Shown one piece after another: positions 13,001 to 25,864 of a stretch of 64,000 nt of DNA. Source of the stretch: Octopus vulgaris (taxonomy: Eukaryota); the NCBI GenBank assembly GCA_951406725.2, contig OX597821.1, positions 95,790,001-95,854,000 on the forward strand. The letters are read 5' to 3'. A program made the translations under genes and the position numbers. The notes under the pieces are model-generated. The model made no database searches. It worked only from the letters and a program-made list of their open reading frames with translations, and was not told where the DNA came from. The number at the start of each line of letters is the position of its first letter. Position 1 is the first letter of the stretch.

Positions 13001-16000
13001 ATTGTTATTTTTGTTGTTTGAAAACCTCTTAGTGATACCATCTATACAGAGAGCCTATAGTTAAGCACAGACTAATGACATTAATATAATGAACCATAAA
13101 GTGTTTAATCAATTAAAACGAACAACAAAATTAGTGCTACTGATAAGTCTCTTCAAGAAAGGCAAGCAAGACAACTCTGAAATTCAAATTGTTTAAATAT
13201 TGAATGGTAAAGGGGCATTGAATGGGAAAGTATGATTTATTTTTGCATGCACAATGACAACTCTTAGTATGTTTCAGTCTTGTTAAACCTCTTCAGAAAA
13301 GCTAACTTTTAAATCCCTGAGAAGATAAAGATTTTGAATAGACAAAACATTTAGTGATCAGGCAATTTATAAAAACATGGGAAAGCATGTATTTTAAATA
13401 GTTGATACGATTCAACTAAAGGCAATTTTTTAAAATTTGAACAGAGAATCTCATTATTTCTCTTGCCAAATAAGTTCAACTAAAGAGTTTAAGTTATTTC
13501 TGCTTCTATTCTCGCAGTATGATTTCTGTTATTGGTTTGGTAGAAAACAATTCGGTTGTTTTAGTAGCCAGTATGTTGATATCACCATTGATGGTAAGTA
13601 AACCTTGATATATAACTGGTATTTGAACAGCTTGTTAGGTTTACTAAAATAAAATATCTGTAGTTGTTATTATCATAATACAGTAATAGCCAAATATTGA
13701 AGCATTTAATTGATGGTTCTCACTTTGTCCATCCTAACTTTATTTTGTTTGCAGCTCTTGAAAGATTTTAAATTCACATGTTATGGTCAAGAAAGCAGGA
13801 CTAAAAGGCCATTTTATGTGACATTAAAATTTGAATATCTTCAACAGTAGATATATTAAAAAATCCATATCATCACAGTAAGATAAGATACATATCACAA
13901 AAACATAACAGTTTATCAGTTCTATGATTAATCAAAAACTGATGTTAACTTTATGTTATGGTCGCAAGCTTATCACATATATAATTGGATGCTTTGCAAT
14001 ATTTGTAGCTAGAAATAATAAGATACCTTTTCAAAAATTTACATATCTCATAAAATGACCTTTCACTTAGAGTTCAGATTTTAGGTGGTACACCTATCAT
14101 ATCTGAGTGTATAAAAGATGCATATTAGATGATCCCAGGTTTTAGCATATTTAGGAAAATAAGTTTTTAGTGCATCAAAGTATGTAATATAGCCACAACT
14201 TCACATATAGGATCTAGGGTGATTTTTTTTGGAGACATTTTTTGATAAAAATGTGCATTTTATATGCCATCAAATATAGTAATCTATCCTCCAGTTTAAA
14301 ATTACCAAATGACCTTTGGGTGCCATTAGTGGAGGTCATTTGTGTTACAATCGCTCTTGGTCAGATCGTCAGTGTAAGAATAACTTTCTTACCAATCTTG
14401 GAGGCCTTGAGAATGGACAAAAGTCATAAGGCACCACCTTCACTATTCTCACTAAACATTTATAACGAAAATGAAAATGTAAAAATGGCAGTGATAGATG
14501 TATAATGACAAAATATACATATATATATACATATATATAGATGTATAATGACAAAATATTTGGTTGGTTGACAGAAGAAAAATCTGCATGAAGTCCAAAT
14601 ATAAAAGTATTTAATTCTTAGCTAAAAAAGTGTTGTCATTGCAACAACAACAGAAAAAAAGAGAGAGAATCAGTTTGTATAACAATATCAGTCTGTATAA
14701 CAATAGCGGCAGCAATGACAATAGTTTGTAGTAGTCATTGAATTCTGTAGCTGAGTGAGGGGGTGTAAGTTCCTGCTACTAGTTAGCTTCTGTTGTATTA
14801 CAACCACTGGTCAGTTATCAGGCAAGCCATCCCTGTGTACCCAATGGTCTGTCAAAGAAAATCCTGGAGAGAAAGCAGACAAGCAGAGTCTCATGAATGT
14901 CTAATGCTAATTTGCATAGAAAGCAGAGCACAAAATAGTTAGAAAGAGCAGCTGGGTATGAGCTGATTTATGTGGAGAGAGAGAGAGATGTGATGCAAAT
15001 TTACACTGAGTGTTGGATGAAAAGGCTCTGTGTGCAGGTTCTACTTAATTCTTGTATTTGCTAGACTTTTCCACCTTTATGCTTTGTGTATTGTAGGTTT
15101 ATGTATATTTTAAAATTGTTTTTCTCCTGTTCTTTTGTCAGGGCCCAATACTGGCAGGGACTTTTGGTATTGTGATCCAAAATTATTCTTTACGAAATCT
15201 TGGTCTGAGATCAGAATCAATTGGTCTTGCATTGTGCATTATCTGTGGTCAGTTGGATACTTTCTTTCATTTTTCGAGTTGGATATGTACAGACTGTGTG
15301 AAACATGTGGAAGAAGTGTGATTGTACATGATTGTGAGGTATTGATGTTTGATGTGGAAAATCTCTGGAGAACCTGAAGAGAAATGAGTGTCAAGTATGA
15401 TATGATGCATGTGTAACAATAAAGACATCTCCCTGTCTTACATCACTACCTGAACCACAGGTACTTTTGATGGGATTTACTCACTAGCAAGCATTCATTA
15501 AATCAAGTTCTCTAAGTGTGTGAATGTGTGTGTGTGTGTGCATGCATCCATGTGTGTGTGTGTCTCTTTGTGTTTGTATTTGTCCCTCACCGCCACTTGA
15601 CAAGCAGTGTTGGTGTGTTTAAATCCCTCTGTCTTAGCCATATGGCAAAAGAGTTTAATAGAATAAGTACCAAGCTTTAAAAATGCAAGTGCTGGCATAC
15701 TTTATTTGGCCAAAAATTATTCAAGGCAGTCCCCATGATGGCTGCAGTCTAATAACTGAAACAAGTAAAAGATAAAAAGACATATATGCATACACACACA
15801 TACACATGTATATATATTTTCATCTAGGGTTTATCTTTGGACTAATCATTGGTTCCATCCAACTCCAAGGAATGACAGGATATATTGATGAATGGCCCAC
15901 TATGGAAATGAAGTCCAGGTAAGCATCATTTCGTATTTTCATCTATTAAGACTGTTTGACAACTCTCACTTGCAATGTCATTTTAAACATTGTGACATTT

Positions 16001-16538
16001 CTAAAGTATTCCCACCATTTTTTGTGACTCCTCAAGAAAATGCCTGGAAGTCAGGAATGTGGATGGAATTGAAACCAATCTTCATTCAAGTGTGCAGTGT
16101 TTAAGGAAAAAAAAATAATAATAATTTCAAATTTTGAGACTAGGACAGCAATTTTTAGCAGGAGGTGATTAGTTGATTACATCAATCTACTGCTCATCTG
16201 ATAATTATTTTATCAAGCCTGTAAAAGATGAAAGGCAAAGTTGATTTCAATGGGATTTGAACTCAGAATGCAAAGAGCTGTTGAAATGCTGTTAAGCATT
16301 TCCTCTGATATGCTAACAATTCTGCCAGCTCTGAACCTTCCTTATAATTTCAAACTTTGGTTTTCAGTGTAGGGAGTGTGTCAGTTTCCATCAATCCCAA
16401 TGCCCAATAGGTACTTATTTCATCAAATCCTGAAAGGATGAAAAGCAATGCTAATCATGTTAGTGTTCAAACACAGAATGTAAAGTGTCAGAAAATATGA
16501 TGTTAAGCATTTTGTCATTAATGCTAAACACCTTAATG

Positions 16539-16608
<70 letters not shown>

Positions 16609-17841
16609 GAGAAAAAAAAAAGAAAAATACTGACAGGATCTAGGATGCATCACCCAAAATCTGACATAGAAAGACTATATATACAACGTATAGAAGGTGG
16701 TAGAGGCCTTATACAGCTGGAAAACTACTATAAAATAACCACCATAGGACTGCAAAAATACCTACTTCAGAAGGAAGGAAAACTGATCCAGATAGCAGCA
16801 AAACATGAGCAAAACAAAAAACTGTTCTCAGTATTTAAGGAAGCTGACAAATACAAACAAGAAATCATACCACCTAATAAACACAAAGAAGAAGAAGAAG
16901 ATGATGAAGAAACAACAAAAGCTATAAAACAAATGAAATCCAAACTAAAAATAGAACAGCAACGAGCCATGATAAAACGATGGCAAGAAAAGCCCCTACA
17001 TGGTAAATACTGCACTAAACTAAACGCAAAAGAAATAGACAAAGAAAAGTCCCAGCAATGGTTGAGAAGCTCAGGACTCAAAGCAGAAACAGAGGGATTT
17101 TTAATTGCAGCACAAGACCAAAGCCTCCCCACCAGAAATTACTAAAAACATGTAATGAAAAGAAATATTACAAGTAACTGCAGAATATGTGGAGATGGAC
17201 AAGAAACAATAAATCATATTATCTCTAGCTGCCCAGTCCTGGCTAAGAAGGAATATATTCACAGACATGACAGAGTTGGAACCTACATACATTGGAAGCT
17301 ATGCCAACATTATGGAATAACAACAGAAAAAAGATGGTATAGGCACACACCAGAAAAGGTCACAGAAAACGAGAAAGCAACCATACTCTGGGATATGCCG
17401 ATACACACAGATAGAGAAATTAAGGCCAACAGACCAGATATAGTTGTCAGAGATCATGAAGAAAAAAATGCTTTCTAATTGATGTATCAATACCGGCAGA
17501 TGACAACGTGTCTCTAAAAGAAATGGAGAAACTCTCAAAATACAAAGACCTGGAAATAGAGATAACTAGAATGTGGAACCTGAAAACAGAAACAATTCCT
17601 ATCATAGTAGGTGCATTAGGCATGATAAAAAAATATTCAGACAAATACATAACAAAAACACCAGGACTTACAAACACATATAACATACAGAAAATTGCAC
17701 TACTAGGCACTGCACACATCCTACGCAGAACACTTTTCATACAATAACCATCAGAGCATCACAACAAATCACAGCACATACCCAAGGCACACAGAGCTGC
17801 GCTCGGTAGTGAAGTGAAAGCACGCTATAAAAATAAAACTA

Positions 17842-17880
<39 letters not shown>

Positions 17881-20800
17881 CCTTTCTAGATTCTAGATTT
17901 TTGCTCTCATATCTGGAATTTCTTCTCTAAATTTATTATAGATTCATCTAAAAGAGTCAGATCATCAGCATATAGAGGTTCTTATGGATAGCCAGTCCTA
18001 AACTCCGAAGAGACAAAGATTGAACCTTGATAGACTGCTTACTTTCACTTTACTGACTGTGCATTTGTATGCAGTTTATGCAGCCTTCACAAGCCATTTA
18101 TCTACATCTTGTTTCTTTAATGACCACCACATCTCTGGCCATAATACCCTTTCAGAGGCCTTCTCCAAATCAACTTATGCTAGATAAAATAGCTTGCTCT
18201 TAGCTAAGTACTTTTGAAATTACCTCACTAGTAAGATGGCATCTGTGGTACCTCTTCCAGGCATAAAGCCAAACTACATCTTATGTAGGCTAATTGTACT
18301 ATGATTCTTTCTGTGACTTTCATAGCCTGGTCCAACAATTTGATGCTTCTGTAATTCCTCTCTCTAATGCCCCTCCTTTGCTCTTCTAGCAATTTACAAT
18401 GACACAACTATGCCAGTCATTGCTTATGACAATTTCCTGGTTAAATATTTAGCCCATTAGACATAATTGCTGATGGACTAACAACTTTCAGACCTGTAAT
18501 TGCTTTATGTCTCATATTGCTGTCAACTTGAATTGCCAGTTCCTCTGTTGGGTCAGCATGAGATTAAACTTTCTTTATTCTATGCATTCTCCTTGTTCAA
18601 CAACCTTTCATAAAAGCACGACTAAGCTTCTGTTTTGCCGTTAACATTGAAGACAAATCTGCCTCTGTTTTCATTTCTAACACTCTTCTCTCTTATGCTA
18701 ACTTGGTTTTCTGCGACACATTATCTTGCAATCTGCAACAGTTCATGCTTCAAATCCTCACATTGAGAAACATGTTCAAATCTATTCTTTTCTGCCTTCC
18801 TCATAGCTTAGTATACCTAATGCCTAGCTTCCCTGACTGTCATCTCAAGTTAAACAAATTCCTCAATCTCTTCCACCTCGTTGTTGTTGATTTTTACATG
18901 AGCTTATTGTCTGGCTTTATTTTGAAGTGTTTTACATTTTTCTGGGTTGAGTTTAAGGCTAATTCTGTCAGTGTTCTCTGCCAGTCTGTGTGTCTTGCTT
19001 TAGTTATATTCATAGGATGATGATAGCAACACTAGGTTGTCCACAAAATTGAAATCTTCGAACATGCTCATGAGGTTCCATCTAATGCCATTCCTATGCT
19101 TTTCTGTGTGCTTCACATGATCCTGTCTATTGCCATGAGAGTGCTCTCTACTTTCAACTTCCTTCCAGACTCTCCAAGAGTGTCTCTTAGTTTTCATAAC
19201 ACTATCTATTGTGTCATTTCACTAACACAACAGCTTCTGCTAAGCCAAGACCTTGCACCAGTCACATCTGACTTATAGCCCACAGCGGGTTATCTTACAA
19301 GAATTCCAAGTTGTTGTCTATCTCCCCCGTCCAAATTTCATGCACATCAACTAGAATTTCTCTAAACTTATGACCTAGACCATCTGTTGGACTCTTTAGC
19401 TTCTCGTCTTCTGTCTCTGCATCTCTAGTTCTGGCTCAAAAGTCACTAATCACTAATCAGATTTAAATAGAGCATTCTTCACCTGTCGCGTTTCCTGATG
19501 AAAATTAATTCTGATTTTTCTGTTGAATGATTATTATGTCTAATATTATTTGCTACCACCTGGCCCACAGGTACTTTTAGTGAAGCTCACTCAGATGTAA
19601 GCATTTGGTCTGCGGATAACAGTCTCTGCCCAGCAATTAATTTCCAGGAAGCAGTTTATCATTTACTTGCTGTTTTTTTATTTCTTTCTTTCTCTCTTCC
19701 CACCAGAGGTATGAGTCGTAGTCTGTGGATTGGTATCTTCATAGCACTCCCAACCGGTGCTGGAGTGTCTCTGTCTGTTCTGGGTGGTAACTCTAAGCCA
19801 CTGGTTGGAGTTGCCATATCTGCCTCACTTCTTCTACCTGCTGTCAATGCTGTAAGTAGACTTCAACCTCTTTGGTCTTCTCTCTTTGTCTGTCTGCTAG
19901 TCTGCCAATTATAACTTACCTTCTCTTCCTTCACCTACCATTCTTCAAATGTCTGCTCTTCTAATTAATTAGCTGCTAAATTACCTTCAGTGTGATTATC
20001 ATCATAACTAACAGATCTATTGCTGTCATTATAATCATCATTATCAAAATTACCTTATCCCTTGACATTATTGTGAACAACATCAGGGTCACAAACATCC
20101 TTACTCTCATCATCTTTTCAACATCACCAGTAGCAATAATCATGTTAATTAAACTACTTATTGTCTACAATATTATAACCATCAGCACATTATCATCACA
20201 ATTCTGCTCATTATTCTCATTACTTTTTTTTTAGGTTAAAATTTCAAATTAACAAAATTAAGATATTTTCATTTTAATAAATCATTATTATACACAAATA
20301 AAGAAAAATCTTATTCAAAATATATGCTACTATTTTATAACCATTTAAAATAAATTATTTCATAAAAACTGAAAATATTAACTGTTTCATAATAACTGAA
20401 AATATAGTAAAATATAGTTCAAATATGTTTGAGGCATATTTTAACTTATAAAGGCTATTTCATTGCAGTTTAAGGTGGAGAAAAAAGTCTTGCTAAGGTA
20501 AAAAGGTGTAAGAAGACCATTGTCAACTTAAAGCACCCTTTGGACTGAGAGATGCATTCTTACATGCTTCTACTTACATATTTGATCCAGCCTGGTGTCT
20601 TATGCACACAAATAAGTAAATATTATTTGCTGATTTTTAAAAATAAAGCTAAGGCTTTCCAACCAGCCCAGAGTTGCTTCTCTTAGTACTTGGTATTAAG
20701 ACAGCTTACAAACTAGAAATTCATGTATTTGTCCAGAGGGTGCTTTAAACTGACAGTGGTGTTCTTAGACCTTTTTACTTCAAGCAAGAATATTTTCTCC

Positions 20801-23762
20801 ATGGTAAACTATGGTGAAATAACTTTTACAAGTTGAAATATGTCCCAAACATATTTGAACTGATCCTAAGTTTCTTTATTTCCTATTAGTGCTTCATGCT
20901 ACTACTTACATAGAGTAAAAATAATTTATTTTACTTGATATGATATTAAATAGTCTTTTAGTAATTTGAAGTATACTCAAATATTTCATAAAAATCTAAA
21001 ATATACTAAAATATTCCTAAATAACTTTTTAGTGAGTCTGGTCACTAATCTATGATATGAAAGTGTTTGTGGAAAAGTTCAGTAGATGAGCTTTTGAGAA
21101 GTATATGAACTGGAATATCAGAAGGCATTTTTTAAACAAATAATTAAATTCATTAAAGGATAGTGAGAGCTGACAAGTCATATGAGCATAGCCGGTGTAT
21201 GTTTATAAGTCAGAGAAAGCTTTATAACTTACATTTGAAATATGGATTCAGCTGGAAGTCCTTATGAGGTAATTGTTTAGCTAGCGTATACAAAAATATA
21301 CTGCTCATAACATGACCTGAGTAGTGGGCTGATGTCCTCCAGAATTTTGCAGAGCTAAGTTGGCATAAAGGAAATAGGCTGTTCATGATGTGTCGAGTTG
21401 AGAGCTGGTATAATTCAGAGCTAGCAGCACGAAGTTGGTGTGAAAAATAAAGACACTGTTCCATGTTGAAATAGAGATGTGGCTCATCTGCCGTCTGTCC
21501 GCAAACTGGTTAAAAACGTGTTTTTCACTTCATGGGCTGAGGACTACCTCTAGTATTCATATGTGCCCAACCCTGATTGGCTGGAGAATGCCATAGCACA
21601 ACTGTGCTATGACGCAACAACTAAAATAGCTCTCCTGACATGCTGCAACTTAATATATCTTACAGTATTTCAAAATACGTTCAAATATGTAAAAATATTT
21701 CCAAATAATTTAAAATGCATGTAGTATATTCAATATCATGATTTATATTAGAATATTTTGTTTTATTTTAACTTCCTAACTTCGAAGATGATATCCTGGA
21801 CAAATTTAAATTCATAAAAGTTCTTTACCTTTCATGCAACACCATCCCTATCTTGCAACCCATGGACCAACAGGGGATTTCTAATTTTAAGAATTGTACA
21901 CCAAACACCAGTTTTGTCAGTACTTTGAAGTCTCTGAAAATACAAATCCAATCCTTCGTGAATTTTTGAAGGAGCACTACAACATTGTTAAGTGCCTGAA
22001 AATCATCGATATTGCCTGGCAGGGTGTAATAAAGAGAATGCTGAACTCTGCATGGAGGAAACTGTGGCCTGACTGGGTTTCCAAAAAAGACTTTGAGAGT
22101 TTTGCGTCTGAGACACATATAATCGAGGAGATGGTGTCTCTTGGCAAGTTCATGTGCCTTGAGGTTGATGATGGGGACATTAACGATGTTGTTGATGAGC
22201 TGACAACAGATGAACTCTTGCAGATCATGAGCAGCAGCATTCAGATGCAGTGGAAGAGTTTGATTCCCCAGAGGAAGACAATGTAGCAGAGAAGGCTATC
22301 TCTACAAGTGACATAAAGGCAGTATTGGCAAAGTGGCAGTATGTTTCTGAATTTGTAGTAAGATATCATCTTGAAAAAGTATCTACAATTTGTGCAGTTG
22401 CTTTATTTAACTGCTCTGGTGCATTTTTGTAACATTTGAAAGGCAGGAAAAAGCAGACTTCTTTTGATATGTTTCTAATGAAACGACGTGCAGGTGTGAA
22501 AAAGTGAAGAAAGTGTGTCCAAAGAGCCAAAATTAAGCGAAGTGAGAGAGAAAACACCAGAAATTGTTCTTCCTGAAGTCTTAATGGAAGGAGATTCACC
22601 TTCCAAACAATAATCCTCCTTCCCCTCTCCCCTTCGTATTCCTCACACACAAATCGTCCCATCATCATCATCATCATCATCATCGTTTAGCGTCCGCTTT
22701 CCATGCTAGCATGGGTTGGAAGGGTCAACTGGGGTCTGTGAAGCTGGAAGGCTTCGTCAGGCCCAGTCAGATCTGGCAGTGTTTCTACTGCTTTCGGTGT
22801 GAATGGTTTTTTTATACAGCGCTGAGTAAATAATAATAATGGTATTTTTATATAAGCTTAAAGCTTATGGTGATCATTGCGCAATGACTAAGGAAAATAG
22901 TCCAATAAAGAGGCATATAAGCCCTCTACAGACAAAAGAAGGCTTTCCTATCCGTGTGGGAGTTGAACCCACATCCCTTTGTTAACGCAGCTAAGTGTGT
23001 TACCTTTAGATAGATAGATAAATAGATAGATAGATAGATAGAGAGATAGAGAGATAGAGAGATAGACAGACAGCCGGACAGACAGACGGACGGATGGACA
23101 GACAGACAGGATGGTTTAAAAGAAATCTTTTAGCAATTAAACAATCACATAATATCTTAGCAGTTGAGGTTCTGAAGATTTTATCCTCTTTTACAATTTT
23201 TAATATCACCCAAACACCACTTGAAGGTCTATACCAAGTGGTCAAGCTGTTGTTGTTTAATCTCAGATCAGTTCTGATTCTTCAGCAAATCTTTAATCAA
23301 AGGAATTCCAACAATGACCATTCTACTGTTTTATTTTTCACACATAGTCTATCTTGAGTTATATTATCTAATGTATCTTACCTTTTTTTTTTTAAAGAAC
23401 ATAGTATGTTTCATGGGAGATTTGTCTGTTATTTTTAGCAGATCAAGACATTTCATCTGATTGTTGTTGTGTTGCTGTTCTAAGTTTTCTCAAATATAAC
23501 AACCACCTAAATCTGTACACTTTTCCAAATCTCTCTTCAGGGAATGCTGTGGTCATTTGCTTTACTTTCGGTCATCAGTCCACCAAAAACAACTCATAGC
23601 AATACCACTGCTGTAAGTACTTTATCCCCTTGACTTTCTCTAGTTACCTAGCCATCACATGATGTCCCCCAGCCTACCTAAAAAATAAAAGTATAAAAAG
23701 GATCTCTCTTCTCTCTCTCTCTCTCTCTCTCTATATCTCTCTCTCTCTCTCTCTCTCTCTCG

Positions 23763-23796
<34 letters not shown>

Positions 23797-24429
23797 CTAA
23801 TATCTATATATCTATATATATATATATAAGAATATTATTGTTTATAATAATATCAGTGGCTTAGCATGCATAAAAAACCATAAAGGTAAAATCACCAATT
23901 AATAATTAAGGGTACTAACAGGTAGTCCCAGCATGCTGAAATAGCAGTCAAAATGACCAAACCACAAGTTCTCACTTAAACACAAAGATGAAGGCAAGCA
24001 AATGAACACTGATATTATTATAAACAATGAATTCTTACATATTTATATAATTTTTTATTCACTTTGATCACCTTTTTAAATTTGCTGTGGCATTAAAAGC
24101 AGTCATCGCACACATTGGTTGAGATGAGCAAACTCTTCAACCCTGGATCAGTAAGACTCACTGAAGATGAACTCAGAGTACTTCTCAGAGTTTGAAATCA
24201 TGATGATATGGGTATGTCCGACTTTTGCAGTTTTCGTTTTTATTTTCAGCATCCATATGGGGCCTTAGGGTTTTTGTTCATTTGCCCTTCCTTCACCTTT
24301 ATGTTTAAGTGAGAACTTGTGGTTTGGTCATTTTCACTGCTATAATAGCATGCTGGTACTGCTTGTTAGTACTCTTAACTATTAATTTAAAAATATATGT
24401 ATACATACATGTATGTATGTGTGTGTGTG

Positions 24430-24484
<55 letters not shown>

Positions 24485-25832
24485 CACATACACACCCGCA
24501 CACATTTATGAATTTGTTTTGCAAGCTTCCTGATCTGAAATCATTGTGTTGAAACAGATATTGTTAATTTTAGGATGTTCTTCAATCGTTTAGCATTGTT
24601 CTTATTTAACTTATGTCCATTGTCTGGAAATCTTTCGATACATATTTGTGACCTCTTCAGGGTCTATTCCATCCATGTGTTTCCTCAATTGATCAGCTAA
24701 CAGAGTTCCAGTAGTATATTTACATGTATTTATATATATATATATATATATCCTTTTTTCCTTCCACTCTTCCTGGAAGGGCCATGAGGGTAGCATTCTC
24801 AGATACCGCTTTTCCATAGAGCCCTATTAGAAGCAACTGTCATTAGTTTTTTTCTGGCTGAAATCCTAACATTAGATATACAATTTGATGAATAAGCCAC
24901 AGAACCAAAATAGAAATGTTAGAGCTGCTTGTACAAGTTGCAAAATCCTCCTGATACCATACCTTACTGTTTTAAAAAAAACTAGTAGATGCAGCTCAGA
25001 TAACAGCTGTACAGAACACTTCTGATCATAGATTTGTAGAAGCCAGGCTGATGAAGAACCAAGCAATGTGAATAAAAGATGAGATGATCACAGTTGAGAT
25101 GCCTTTTTTATCATAGATCCACAGGATCAGGACTGATCTACTTGGAACAAATCAAAAACAAGCAATCAGTATAAAATACATTATTTTTTTAACTTTTAAT
25201 TCAGTGTTTTTTTCCCTTGTTTGTATTTTGAAGGTTTCGATTAATGACAACCCTTTAGGGTGCTTGCCATTTCAAGACAATGCTTATACACCAATGTACA
25301 GCTGTGACATGGCCAAAGAGATGGGAATCATGGGAACAATAAGTCTCCTGCTCACTCTACTTAACATCGTCTGCATATTCCTTGTTGGTGTTGTCATGTT
25401 GAAGGTAAATGATCTGATACATTCGTTTGGTTTCACATTCTCCTTCTCTCTATGTTATCTGTTTTTCATCTTCTGGCTTTGACTATCTGTTTTGTTAATG
25501 TGTGTGTGAGTGTGTCTTTATCATTATCATTATTTTTTTTTTTTTCTGTTTACTGCTGATCGTCTTAATTTATACAATCTGAATTTCAATGAATTTATCA
25601 CTGGTATTATACACTTTACTCCCTTTTACTTGTTTCAGTCGTTTGACTGTGGCCATGCTGGAGCACCGCCTTTAGTCGAGCAAATTGACCCCAGGACTTA
25701 TTCTTAGTAAGCCTAGTACTTATTCTATCAGTCTCTTTTGCTGAACCGCTAAGTTACTGTGACGTAAACACACCAGCATTGGTTGTCAAGCGATGTTGGG
25801 GCAAAAACACAGACACACAAAAACACACACCA

Positions 25833-25864
<32 letters not shown>

